Numbered from the stretch's first letter, positions 9,374-18,936 are shown. The stretch: 64,000 nucleotides of DNA from Bacillota bacterium (GCA_021847575.1 JAJZQO010000001.1:31415-95414); one strand, 5' to 3'. Numbers and translations: made by a program. Notes: generated by a model not told the origin, from the letters alone.

Positions 9374-10393
9374 GTGGGGTTGCCGTTCGGGATAGCCAGG
9401 TCGCTCAGTCCGAGAGGAGCTCTGCCGATCGATGCGGAGCGGCTCGACAGTAGTGGAGATGCCCGCGCGGACGAACTCGAGATCGCCGTCGCGGAGCTCC
9501 TGATCAGCTCGACCGCGTTTCGCCAGCTCATGGGCGCCAGCGATCCGGCGCAGCGCATTCGCGACATCGTGGCTGGCGAAGGCCGCTTTCGCGATCCCGT
9601 GACTGGGGCGGGCGGCGTCCTGCTGGGACGCATCGCGACCGTGGGAGAGAGCTTCCGCTCGGATCCCCAACCGCGCGGCGGGGAGCGGATTGTGACGCTG
9701 CTTTCCCTGGCGTGCACACCGTTGCGCCTCGATGCGGTGCTTGGCATCGACAACCTGCGCATGGCCGTGCAGGTTCGGGGGACCGCATTCCTGCCGCAGG
9801 GCGCGCCCTGGATCGAGCCGCCCGCCGCCCTGGCGGACAACGTTGCCCTCGCCACCCTCGACGTCTGCGGTGCCCCCGCGCACGCCCATCGCCTGGCGCG
9901 CCCGGGCGAAGACATCCTTGTGCTCGGGGCGGGCAAGGCTGGGGTGCTCACGGCACTGGCCGCTATCGAGAGCGGGGCCAACGTGATGCTCCTTGAAGGT
10001 CGCGCCGCGCGGCTCGAGGCGGTGCAGGCCGTGTTGCCGCTTGCGGGGGCCGCCGTCGTTGACGCGACAGAGCCTTTGGCGGTGCATGAAGTGGTGGGTC
10101 GCTTGACTGGCGGCCGTGGCGCCGCGCTCACCTTCTCCTGCGTCAACGTCGCGCGCGCGGAGGCCTCGGCCTTCCTTGCGACGCGTGACGGGGGCACCGT
10201 CGTCTACTTCTCGATGTCGACCGACTTCGCGCGCGCCGCCTTGGGGGCCGAGAGCGCGCAACGCGACGTCACCATGGTGATCGGCAACGGGTTCGTGCCT
10301 GGCCACGCCGCCTACGCGCTCGATCTCGTGCGCCGTCATCCCGAAGTCCACCAACTGCTCGGTAACAGTGGGAAGGGAGGCGATGCGAACTAG
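9374..10393 (+). CDS. kdd: L-erythro-3,5-diaminohexanoate dehydrogenase (Kdd), a lysine-fermentation enzyme.
   Basis: About 340 aa with a GxGxxG Rossmann motif (LVLGAGKAGVLTALAAIESGANVMLLEG), co-located with kal and kce. GTG start at 9374 is chosen because GGGGAG lies 6 nt upstream and it avoids overlapping tetR; the track start at 9215 lies inside tetR. Confidence 0.65.
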   Translation: MGLPFGIARSLSPRGALPIDAERLDSSGDARADELEIAVAELLISSTAFRQLMGASDPAQRIRDIVAGEGRFRDPVTGAGGVLLGRIATVGESFRSDPQPRGGERIVTLLSLACTPLRLDAVLGIDNLRMAVQVRGTAFLPQGAPWIEPPAALADNVALATLDVCGAPAHAHRLARPGEDILVLGAGKAGVLTALAAIESGANVMLLEGRAARLEAVQAVLPLAGAAVVDATEPLAVHEVVGRLTGGRGAALTFSCVNVARAEASAFLATRDGGTVVYFSMSTDFARAALGAESAQRDVTMVIGNGFVPGHAAYALDLVRRHPEVHQLLGNSGKGGDAN

Positions 10394-10431
10394 GCGGTGC
10401 GAACCGGCTCAAGGATTAGGGGAGGTGTTCT

Positions 10432-12015
10432 TTGTTGTCGGTACAGGGGGGGAAGCTCCGCAGGGAGCTGCGCATCCGCGATCTCTTCTTCGCGAACATG
10501 GCGGGCATCATCGGCTCAGGATGGCTGTTCGGGGCCATCTACGCCGCCAACATCGCCGGCCCGGCGTCGATCCTGGCGTGGCTGATCGGCGGGCTGCTCA
10601 TGCTGGTGCTGGCACTCGTCTATGCAGAGCTGGGCGGCATGCTGCCGAAGCCGGGCGCGCTCGTCCGCTACCCGCAGTTCTCCCACGGTAGCCTGGTCTC
10701 GTTCATCCTGTCCTGGTCCGTCTGGATCGCGTATGCCACGGTGGCTCCGCTCGAGGCGGAAGCGTCCGTGCAGTACGCGTCCTACTATTTCCCGGCCCTG
10801 GTGCATGGTAGCTCGCTGACTCCGGTCGGGCTGGTCACAGCGGCCCTGCTCGTCGTTCTCTTCTTTGTCCTCAACTACTTCGGCGTCAAGCTTATGGCGC
10901 AGATCAACGGAATTGTCACGGCGCTCAAGATCATCGTGCCGGTACTGACGATCGTGGTTCTGCTCTTTGTCGGCATGCATCCGGCGAACTTCGGCCACTA
11001 CGGCGGCTTCATGCCGGGCGGGACAGCCTCCATCCTCTCGGCCATCACGGTCAGCGGCATCGCGCTGTCCTACACGGGTTTCCGGCAGGCCATCGACTTG
11101 GCCGGCGAGGCGAAGAACCCTGCCCGCGACGTGCCGCGGGCAGTCATCGCCTCGATCCTCGTGACGATTGTGATCTACACCTTGCTCGAAGTGGTGTTCG
11201 TCGGCGGACTCACGCCCGCCGCGCTCGCGCACGGCTGGGCGAATCTGAGCCTCTCGTCGCCGTTCGCCGACCTTGCCCTGGCGCTGAACCTCGGCTGGCT
11301 CGCGACGATCCTGTTCGGCGACGCAGTCGTCTCGCCGTCCGGTACCGGCCTGATCGCCACCGCCAGCACGGGGCGCGTCGTCATGGCGATGGTGGCCAAC
11401 GGCTACGCTCCATCGAAGCTGGGTGAGACCCACCCACGCTACAAGGTCCCGACTCCCGCGCTTTGGGTGAACCTCGTGATCGGCATCCTGTTTCTTCTGC
11501 CGTACCAGGGCTGGGCGTCGCTCGTGACGATCGTCTCATCGAGCACGATTCTCAGCTATATCCTCGGACCGGTCAGCGCCGCCGTCCTGCGTCGCACCGC
11601 CGCCGACATCAAGCGGTCCTACACTGTGCCTGGCATGTCCTGGATCGCCCCGCTCGGCTTCGTCATCGCCACCCTGATGATCTTCTGGGCGGGCTGGCCG
11701 CTTGTCGGGCAGCTGCTGATCGCGATGGCGGTGGGCCTGCTGGTCTACGCGTACTACTTCGCGCGCGGCAGCTTCCCGAGCGCGCACCTGCGTTCGGGCG
11801 CCTGGCTCGTCGGCTACCTGGTGTTCATCGGTCTCATATCCTGGGTTGGTTCTTTCGGTAGCGGCTTGAAGGTCATTCCCTACCCTTGGGATATGGTGGT
11901 TGTCATCATAGGATCGCTCGCCTTCTTCTACGCGGGTGTCCACAGCGCGCTGCCGCTGCCGGCCGACTCGCCGTACCGTAAGGAGCTGGCGACAGGCGAA
12001 ACCCCTTCCGACTGA
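10432..12015 (+). CDS. APC-superfamily amino-acid permease; lysine/beta-lysine/diaminohexanoate importer is suggested by context only.
   Basis: 527 aa, about 12 TM segments. Amino-acid/polyamine/organocation (APC) permease signature FANMAGIIGSGWLFG. TTG start with a GGGGAGGTG RBS. Confidence 0.7.
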   Translation: MLSVQGGKLRRELRIRDLFFANMAGIIGSGWLFGAIYAANIAGPASILAWLIGGLLMLVLALVYAELGGMLPKPGALVRYPQFSHGSLVSFILSWSVWIAYATVAPLEAEASVQYASYYFPALVHGSSLTPVGLVTAALLVVLFFVLNYFGVKLMAQINGIVTALKIIVPVLTIVVLLFVGMHPANFGHYGGFMPGGTASILSAITVSGIALSYTGFRQAIDLAGEAKNPARDVPRAVIASILVTIVIYTLLEVVFVGGLTPAALAHGWANLSLSSPFADLALALNLGWLATILFGDAVVSPSGTGLIATASTGRVVMAMVANGYAPSKLGETHPRYKVPTPALWVNLVIGILFLLPYQGWASLVTIVSSSTILSYILGPVSAAVLRRTAADIKRSYTVPGMSWIAPLGFVIATLMIFWAGWPLVGQLLIAMAVGLLVYAYYFARGSFPSAHLRSGAWLVGYLVFIGLISWVGSFGSGLKVIPYPWDMVVVIIGSLAFFYAGVHSALPLPADSPYRKELATGETPSD

Positions 12016-12078
12016 AACGCCCCGCCGCCGGGCTGGCCCGTGCCAACCCGGCGGCCTGGGCCGGATGGAGGCTGTGCT

Positions 12079-12471
12079 TTGCAGGTCAAGACCACCCTGC
12101 GCATCGGGGCCGCGGACGCGCACTATGGCGGCGGCCTCGTGGACGGTGCGTATCTGCTCAAAGTGTTCGGCGATCTCGCGACCGAAATCTGCATCCGCCA
12201 CGATGGCGACGAGGGGCTCTTCCGCGCCTACACCTCGGTGGAGTTTCTCGCGCCACTGCGCGCAGGCGACTTCGTCGAGGTCACTGCGGAACTCGTCTCT
12301 GCCGGGCGCACCTCGAGACGCCTCCGCTTCGCAGCGGTCAAGCTGATCGCGGCCAGACCGGATCTCGGCCCATCCGCGGCGGATGTTCTAATGCAGCCTG
12401 TCCAAGTTGCGACGGCCGACGGCGTCGTTGTGGTTCCGCTGGCCTGTCAGCGCCTGGGAGGCATATCATGA
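12079..12471 (+). CDS. kal: 3-aminobutyryl-CoA ammonia-lyase (Kal), hot-dog fold.
   Basis: LRIGAADAHYGGGLVDGAYLLKVFGDLATEICIRHDGDEGLFRAYTSVEFLAPLRAGDFVEV matches the Kal family (DAHYGG ... DGDEGLF ... VEFLAP). TTG start at 12079 with a GGATGGAGG RBS 6 nt upstream. About 130 aa. Confidence 0.75.
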   Translation: MQVKTTLRIGAADAHYGGGLVDGAYLLKVFGDLATEICIRHDGDEGLFRAYTSVEFLAPLRAGDFVEVTAELVSAGRTSRRLRFAAVKLIAARPDLGPSAADVLMQPVQVATADGVVVVPLACQRLGGIS

Positions 12472-12475
12472 CATT

Positions 12476-13294
12476 ATGGATCCCCTGATCATCACAGTCG
12501 CCCTGACGGGTGCCGAAGTAACTCCCGCGCAGCAGCCGCATCTGCCGGTGACGCCCGCCGAACTGATCGATGCCGCCGTCGCGTGCCGCGCGGCCGGAGC
12601 CGCGATGGTGCACCTGCATGTGCGTGCGGCGGACGGCACGCCCTCCTCGAACCCCGACCTGTTCCGCGAGGCGGTGGCTGGCATCCGGGCCAGGACGGAC
12701 CTCATCGTGCAGGTGTCGACGGGTGGCGCCGTGGGCATGTCCGAGGTGGAGCGCCTGAATGGTCTCACCGCGCGCCCCGATATGGCGAGTCTGACACCGG
12801 GCACGGTCAACTTCGGCACGGAAGTGTTCTGGAACCCGCCTGATCTGGTGCGGCGCTTCGCCGAGCGCATGCGGAGCCTAGGCGTCGTGCCCGAGATCGA
12901 GATCTTCGACCACGGCATGCTGGCGACCGCCGTGAAGCTGCAGGCGGAAGGTCTCCTGTCCTCCTCGGCGCATTTCGACCTTGTTCTTGGCGTGCCGGGC
13001 GGGGCTCCGGCCGATTTCGAGACAGCGATGCTGCTTATGCGCAAGCTGCCACAGGCCTCCACCTGCAGCATCGCGGCGGTCGGCAGGAACCAGCTGCCGC
13101 TCAACGTCTTCGCGATCCTGTCTGGCGCACATGTGCGCACAGGCTTCGAGGACAACATCTATTACGCCCCCGGACGCAGGGCGGCGTCGAACGCCGAGCT
13201 CGTCGCACGCATCGCACGCATCGCCTTCGAGCTCGGACGCCCGCTGGCGACCCCGGCCGAGGCGCGCTGGATCCTGGGATTGACCGGCAGGTAG
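12476..13294 (+). CDS. kce: 3-keto-5-aminohexanoate cleavage enzyme (Kce; BKACE/DUF849 family).
   Basis: MDPLIITVALTGAEVT...HLHVRAADGTPS...IVQVSTGGAVGM...EIEIFDHGM...FDLVLGVPGG...GFEDNIYYAPGRRAASNAELVARIARIAFELGRPLATPAEAR gives a near-diagnostic match to Kce. 273 aa. Confidence 0.85.
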   Translation: MDPLIITVALTGAEVTPAQQPHLPVTPAELIDAAVACRAAGAAMVHLHVRAADGTPSSNPDLFREAVAGIRARTDLIVQVSTGGAVGMSEVERLNGLTARPDMASLTPGTVNFGTEVFWNPPDLVRRFAERMRSLGVVPEIEIFDHGMLATAVKLQAEGLLSSSAHFDLVLGVPGGAPADFETAMLLMRKLPQASTCSIAAVGRNQLPLNVFAILSGAHVRTGFEDNIYYAPGRRAASNAELVARIARIAFELGRPLATPAEARWILGLTGR

Positions 13295-13979
13295 CCCGGG
13301 CCTGCGCTGGTCGGCAAGAGGATCCGGCCCGGAAACGCCTTTGCGGCCTCGGGGACGTTCCCGGTCGTTGCGCCCTGCGGCGCTTGTCCGCTGGCTTCGA
13401 CGATCACGGATCTCGTCTGCGCGGCAAGCCTGCCGATGCGCGCGGGAAACGCCAAAGTGCTGTATTCGTCCCGCTCGCCGGGCATGGCAAGAACCAGCGC
13501 GGGCAGGCGGCGCCGAACTCCGTCGAAGGTCCAGTCCGCGCACTCGGGGGAGAGTCGGTTCGGTCCAATGCATCGGGGATCCGCCGAGCCTTGTCCCACT
13601 GGTAGCGGGCAAGAGTCGCGAAGCCGGACCCGGTGTTACCGTGCGCGCGGCGGGGACGAAGTCCGCCCCAAGTGCTCCTGGCCTTAGGCGCAGCCAGCCG
13701 AAGCGCAGACCACGCTCTTGTGGGCCACAAGTCCAATGACAATCCGGCAAGCGTTTGGCACGGGCGCATCGAATCCCACGTGCATCTTCCGGAGGCTGGT
13801 TGCCAGGCGGCTCGGCTTGCGTGTTTGCCATGCCTTCGGCCGGTTGCGCTCTGACAGTCAGACAGTCAAGGCGTCCGGCCACGTTCGTCGAATGTCCATG
13901 GTGGCTTACGAGAGTTCCGAACCGTGGCGACCCGCCGGTACTTCGCGCATCGTGCAAAGGGGTGCGGCTTCCCACGAAC

Positions 13980-14606
13980 TTGCAGATTGCGAACGTTCGC
14001 TGGCCACCCTTGCGCTTCTGGATCTCATCGCTCTGCCTCGCCCTCGAGCTCCGCTTTCTCGAAAAGGCATCGAGCATCAGCTCGGGCGGTGCGTCCGGCG
14101 TATCGCTTGCCCTCTACCACTGGACGCACCTGCCGCTCGGCTTTTGGACCTTCGCCGTGAAGATCCTCATCCTTGTGCTGGTCTGGCGCGTTCAAGGGAG
14201 CCGCCAACTGCTCTGGACCGTAGTCTCGGCTAGTCTTGGCTCGGTGCTCATCTACCTTGCGGAGCTGGTGCCGTTCCAGCCGCTCCCCTTGCCACTCGCC
14301 TTGCCGCTCATCCTGCTGTTTTCCTACCTGCCGTCGGCGCTACTGCTCTCGTGCGGCTACTCGTCAGGCGGATTCTCGTCGATCGCCCTGATCCTCGAGA
14401 AGCGAGGTGTGCCCACTGCAGTCACCTTCAGCGGACTAAACGCGCTCTCGCTGTTGCTCATGTTCCTCGCCTACGGACAGGTGTCGGGTCTGCTCTCGCT
14501 TATCGCCATGCTGTTCGCCGGCGCATCCAACTGGATCTGGCTGACACTCTTCCGACGTTACCTGAGGCGGATCCCGGCCTTACCGGCCGCGGCCGGCCTG
14601 TCGTGA
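13980..14606 (+). CDS. YitT/DUF161-family integral membrane protein. It is short, lacks the C-terminal DUF2179 domain, and its start is uncertain.
   Basis: Two DUF161-like halves: ...ISSGGASGVSLALYHWTHLPLGFWTFAVKILILVLVWRVQGSRQ... and ...CGYSSGGFSSIALILEKRGVPTAV... The in-frame TTG candidates are 13980 and 14010. Confidence 0.45.
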   Translation: MQIANVRWPPLRFWISSLCLALELRFLEKASSISSGGASGVSLALYHWTHLPLGFWTFAVKILILVLVWRVQGSRQLLWTVVSASLGSVLIYLAELVPFQPLPLPLALPLILLFSYLPSALLLSCGYSSGGFSSIALILEKRGVPTAVTFSGLNALSLLLMFLAYGQVSGLLSLIAMLFAGASNWIWLTLFRRYLRRIPALPAAAGLS

Positions 14607-14761
14607 GGCAGGCGTTACGGCGGGATACGAGGCGCCGGAAGGGCTTGGCGCGACCATCGGATGTCTCATCGCCGACAGGCGGGTGGCTCAGGCCCTGACG
14701 GGGGCGCGTTCCCTGTTCAGAATCTCGCGCAGGAGAAATTCCGCGGGGAACTCGTCGGCAT

Positions 14762-15062
14762 CTACATCTCGAGGGCATCAGGCGCTACCTCCGGGAACTG
14801 GCCGTGCGCTCCCGCGACATCCCCGACGATTACACGGCCGCCACGCTCTTCAACATCGCGCGCTGCATGTTCGGCATCCAGACAGACGGGGTGCACGAAG
14901 CGGGAGGCGGCGGCTTGGCTCGCCCTGCGTCAGCCGTCGCTTGGGCCCGCGCTGCAGGTTGCCATCGACCTGCGCGATGGGCGGACGGCGTCCCAGGCCG
15001 AGATGACGGTGCTGCGGGAGGGACTCGCCCTGGCCCAGGCGATGGCCCCTTTCAGCAGCTGA
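14762..15062 (+). pseudogene. Frameshifted C-terminal (DUF4111) fragment of an ANT(3'')/ANT(9)-like aminoglycoside nucleotidyltransferase. The N-terminal nucleotidyltransferase domain is absent.
   Basis: Frame A, 14762-14893: ...DIPDDYTAATLFNIARCMFGIQTDG, resembling AadA ...DERNVVLTLSRIWYSAVTGKI. Frame B, 14893-15062: ...EAAAWLALRQPSLGPALQVAIDLRDG..., resembling AadA ...DVAADWAMERLPAQYQPVILEARQAYLG. The frame switch falls near the G-run at about 14893. Confidence 0.35.
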
Positions 15063-15144
15063 GAGGGCAGAGCCGACCTGGGCGGCGAATGCAGGGGAGG
15101 ATGCGAAACCAGGGCCCGGCTGCTGTAGCGGAGGAGTGGTGTTT

Positions 15145-16017
15145 TTCTTGCGCATCGCGCTATGCCAGATGGATCTCGTCAAGGGCGAAGTCGAGGAGAA
15201 CCGCAAGCGGACAGGGGATTGGCTCGGTCGCGCCGCCGACGCAGGGGCGCAGCTCGTGCTTCTGCCCGAACTGGTCACGACGGGCTACACCCTGGGCGAA
15301 GCTTTCGTGGAGCTCGCCGAGGAGGTGCCAGGCGAGACGAGCCGCCTCTGGTGCCAGATCGCCGCGGAGCGGCAGATCCACATTTGTGGCGGCATGGCGC
15401 GCGTCGCGCCGTCGGGGCTCATTTACAACTCCGCCCTGCTGATCGGGCCCGCTGGGCTCATCGGCGTCTACGACAAGGCCGTACCGCCGCTCTACCTGCA
15501 CGAAGGCGAACCGGGCGGCGGCGCCTGCATCGAGGCGGAGATCTTCCGCCGGGGGGACGCACTGCCGGTCTTTGCGACGTCTTTCGGGCGCGTCGGGGTC
15601 CAGATCTGCCAGGACGCGGTCTATGGCGAGTTCGTGCGCGCGCAGGCCCTGCAGGGCGCGGACCTCATCCTGCAGGTGAGCAATTCGCCGCGCATCAAGA
15701 CGCAGCATGAGGATGACATCACGCCGCTCACGACCCGCGTGCACGCGTTCGATACAGGGACGGCGATCGCGTTCTGCAACCGCGCGGGCGAGGAGGAGTA
15801 CACGTTCCACGGCGGGCACGCGACCGCGCGCTTCGGTGTGGCCTCACACATCTGCGATGCCGACGGCAACTTCCTGGCCCTGTCGGAGAAGGGCGGCGAG
15901 GAGGACCTGCTCCTGGCGGACCTGGACCTCGCGAAGTCCAGGCGGGCGCGGTGGCAACAGAAATTCCATCGCGACTGGCGCGGCGACCTCCTCGGCCCAC
16001 TTGTGCGCCTGCCGTAG
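15145..16017 (+). CDS. Carbon-nitrogen hydrolase (nitrilase superfamily) protein.
   Basis: LRIALCQMD...LVLLPEL...(E-K-C triad context), 290 aa. TTG at 15145 lies about 10 nt after GGAGGAG; the track's GTG at 15136 has no spacer. Confidence 0.7.
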   Translation, partial: FLRIALCQMDLVKGEVEENRKRTGDWLGRAADAGAQLVLLPELVTTGYTLGEAFVELAEEVPGETSRLWCQIAAERQIHICGGMARVAPSGLIYNSALLIGPAGLIGVYDKAVPPLYLHEGEPGGGACIEAEIFRRGDALPVFATSFGRVGVQICQDAVYGEFVRAQALQGADLILQVSNSPRIKTQHEDDITPLTTRVHAFDTGTAIAFCNRAGEEEYTFHGGHATARFGVASHICDADGNFLALSEKGGEEDLLLADLDLAKSRRARWQQKFHRDWRGDLLGPLVRLP

Positions 16018-16866
16018 TCAAGGCTCCGGCACGAGGCTCGAGATGCCTTGGGCATCTCCCAGGTTGCCGTCCCAACAGATGCAGTCGGCCATGACCCGCG
16101 AAAGGCATGACGGCATGCCGCACCCGCCCGCCGAGGACCTGCTCGTGTGTCATATCCATGTGCCTGCGCGAGAGCCGTCTTGCGGCGGGTCGACTCCAGA
16201 TACCCGTCGACCGGGCGCGTGAACGCGAGCGGCCAAACTTCCTGTCTGCCATTAACGTCGACGGGTCTGCCCGCCGCGCGTGCTTGAATCATGTCGTACG
16301 GCCATAGCCCCTAGTCCACGCCAGCCAGGTACGCGTGCGGGCGTTGCGGCCGGCAGTGGGGGGAGCCGGTCCACTCCATCGCGTGCGGGCCGTCGCCCAC
16401 AACGAGAGCGCAGGGCGGTTCAGGTCTCGCAGCCGCCTTCGCGTAGAGCATTCCAGTCCGCGATGAGCACCGGCACGAGCCCGCCTGGGGTGCGAAGGGT
16501 CCACGGCGCCTGCGCGGCCGCGAGCCGCACGAGCGCACGCGCGATCTCGTCTTGCGCTACCCAGGTCCTGCATGTTGGCGGGTGGCCTTCGATCGTGCTC
16601 GCGCGAACGGCATGCACTTACTCGGGACAGCGGGAGGCGACCGCATGCCCCTGCGACGCTCCCCGCCGTCGGCCGACCCGCGCGGCCGTCCTTTCCTCGG
16701 CTGACGGTGCGCACCCGATCCGCTGCGCCGCTTCGGCTGCCAATTAAACGTCACGCCTTGCATGTGCGCTACATCACGGCGCGCGGGCCGTGATGGGACG
16801 ACGCTGGCAATTGGGGGCGGAAGACCGCCTGGGTGCGTCAGCCGACCGAATGGGGAGTGAGGTCGC

Positions 16867-17442
16867 ATGGTTCCGATCGAGGGACGGCAGCTTGCCATCC
16901 TGCTCTTGTGGATCTCCTTGTCGGCCATCGTCACAGTGGCGTTTTTGTGGGTGGTGCGCAGCACGCGACGGCCCCGCGACTTCGATGCGGTGCAGTCGGA
17001 CGGATACCGCCTCAGACGCGGCTGGGGCTGGGTGTACGGCTCGCTTCTGATCATCTCGTTCGCGGTCACGATCTGGACCATGCCGTACGCCTGGGCCCAA
17101 CAGGCCGCCGCAAAGTCCCCGGCCATAACCGTCGAGGTCGTGGCACACCAGTTCTCGTTCACGATGCCGAGCTCGCTGCCGGCAAGGCGCCTGATCAAGT
17201 TCGTCGTCACGTCCGCGGACGTGAACCACGGCTTCGGCATCTACAGCCCCCAGGGCGTCCTCCTGGCGCAGGTCCAGGCGATGCCCGACTACCACAACGT
17301 CCTCTACTTCACTTTCCCGGGTCCGGGGACGTACATCATCCGCTGCCTCGAGTACTGCGGCGAGGGCCACTCGGCGATGCAACAGCCGCTCAAGGTCTAT
17401 GTTTCCGGCAGCCAGGCGACATCCGTCAGCAAGGAGGCCTAG
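16867..17442 (+). CDS. Heme-copper oxidase subunit II (cupredoxin / CuA domain), short form.
   Basis: N-terminal TM helices, then the CuA-ligand motif ...VNHGFGIY...IIRCLEYCGEGHSAMQ (H...CxExCGxxHxxM). 191 aa. GGGGAGTGAGG RBS. Confidence 0.7.
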   Translation: MVPIEGRQLAILLLWISLSAIVTVAFLWVVRSTRRPRDFDAVQSDGYRLRRGWGWVYGSLLIISFAVTIWTMPYAWAQQAAAKSPAITVEVVAHQFSFTMPSSLPARRLIKFVVTSADVNHGFGIYSPQGVLLAQVQAMPDYHNVLYFTFPGPGTYIIRCLEYCGEGHSAMQQPLKVYVSGSQATSVSKEA

Positions 17443-17445
17443 GCG

Positions 17446-18936
17446 ATGGCCAAGCCCGTCAGGGTTCAAGAGCCTGTCGCACTGCACGCCGCCGACATCG
17501 GCCTCACGCCCAGGCGTCTCGTGGGCATGACGCTTTCAGTCGGCCTTGGACTCATCTTCGTGCTCGGCATGATCGGCGGCATCATGAAGGCTGCGCAGGG
17601 CAACCTCATCCAGCTGCAGCCTGGGACCTTCTACGCGCTCCTGACACTGCACGGCGCGGGAATGATCTCGACGGTCGTCCTCCTGACCGCCGTCGCGCTC
17701 TGGTACGTGCTGCACGATCATCTGAGCCTGAGGCCCGACATGCTGGTGTTCTCGGTCGTCGCCATCGTCTGGGGGCTTGTGGCGGCGACGGTCGCCGTCC
17801 TGGTCGGCGGGTTCGGTCCGGCCTGGACCTTCCTCTACCCGCTGCCGTTCATGGGCACCTGGCCCAGCTGGTCCACAGGACTCTTCTTCTTCGGCGTGCT
17901 GTTCGTCGGCGTCGGCTTCGCCATTTTCTGCTTCGACCTGATGGCGGGCATCATCCGCACCTACGGCTCGATCTGGAACGGTCTGGCGTGGGATACCTGG
18001 ATTCCCAGGCTGCGCCGTCCCGACGGCAAGGTGGCCCCGCCCTCGGTGATCGCCGCCAGCATGGTGGCGATCGACGGACTGATCACGGTTGCGGCGGGCA
18101 GCGTGCTCGTCGTCGCACTCCTCGCCCATTGGTTCTCGCCGAAGTTCCCGATCGACCCGCTGTGGATCAAGAACCTGACCTTCTTCTTCGGCCATACGAT
18201 CGCGAACCTCGCGATCTACGTCTCGGCGGGCGTGATCTACTACATCCTGCCGAAGTACACCGGCCGCGCCTTCCACACGAACAAGGTCTACGCCCTCTCT
18301 TGGGCGATATCGCTCTTCTTCGTGCCTTGGGCCTGGCCGCACCATCTCTACATGGATTTCGTCCAGGCCCCGTGGCTGCAGGTCGGCGGCGAGGCATCGA
18401 CCTACATCGCCACCATCCCGGCGACGGTCGTGACCATCTTCGGTTCGCTGCTGCTCGTCTACCGCTCGGATATGCGCTGGCGCCCCGGCTCCACCCTGTT
18501 CCTGGCGGGGATCCTGGGCTGGCTTGTCGGCGGCGTCGCGGCCATGCTGGACGCCACCATCCCGTTCAACGCCGTCCTGCACAACACGCTGTGGGTGCCG
18601 GCCCACTTCCACACCTATCTGCTCGGCGGCGTCTTCCTCTTCGTACTCGGCTTCACCTCGTACTTCGTCGGGGAGCGACAGACCCCGGGCCGTCTCGTGA
18701 AGGCCATAGAGTGGACGTTCTTCACGGGTCTTGTCGGCTTTCTCCTGATGTTCTACGCGGGGGGCATCGAGGGCGTCCCGAGGCGTGAGGCAGTGCAGCC
18801 GCCACCTGGACCGATCCTCGCGGACATCGCCACGGGCTTTGTCGCAATCCTGCTGGTCGGGCTCGTGGCCATGCTGATCGAGTTCTGGGTACGAGCCAAG
18901 AGAAATGCGGCGAATGGGGAGGCGGAAGGACTGTGA
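17446..18936 (+). CDS. Heme-copper oxidase subunit I, short (496 aa) and divergent; B-family-like.
   Basis: Helix II LHGAGM. FFGHTIANLAIYV instead of canonical GHPEVY. Helix VII WAWPHHLYMDF (HH CuB ligands). Helix X PAHFHTYLLGGV (HFH heme ligands). AAGGAGG RBS 8 nt upstream. The ATG lies 4 nt after the subunit II stop. Confidence 0.75.
   Translation: MAKPVRVQEPVALHAADIGLTPRRLVGMTLSVGLGLIFVLGMIGGIMKAAQGNLIQLQPGTFYALLTLHGAGMISTVVLLTAVALWYVLHDHLSLRPDMLVFSVVAIVWGLVAATVAVLVGGFGPAWTFLYPLPFMGTWPSWSTGLFFFGVLFVGVGFAIFCFDLMAGIIRTYGSIWNGLAWDTWIPRLRRPDGKVAPPSVIAASMVAIDGLITVAAGSVLVVALLAHWFSPKFPIDPLWIKNLTFFFGHTIANLAIYVSAGVIYYILPKYTGRAFHTNKVYALSWAISLFFVPWAWPHHLYMDFVQAPWLQVGGEASTYIATIPATVVTIFGSLLLVYRSDMRWRPGSTLFLAGILGWLVGGVAAMLDATIPFNAVLHNTLWVPAHFHTYLLGGVFLFVLGFTSYFVGERQTPGRLVKAIEWTFFTGLVGFLLMFYAGGIEGVPRREAVQPPPGPILADIATGFVAILLVGLVAMLIEFWVRAKRNAANGEAEGL

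Noticed and set aside
7000-13300. Lysine (L-box) riboswitch upstream of the lysine-fermentation/permease genes.
   Set aside because: Intergenic spaces there are only 14-40 nt, and the 6560-7074 region shows no recognisable L-box consensus by eye.
12878-14077. 399-aa minus-strand ORF spanning the kce 3' end and the following gap.
   Set aside because: It is extremely Arg/Gly/Pro-rich, overlaps the well-supported kce gene, and has no motif.
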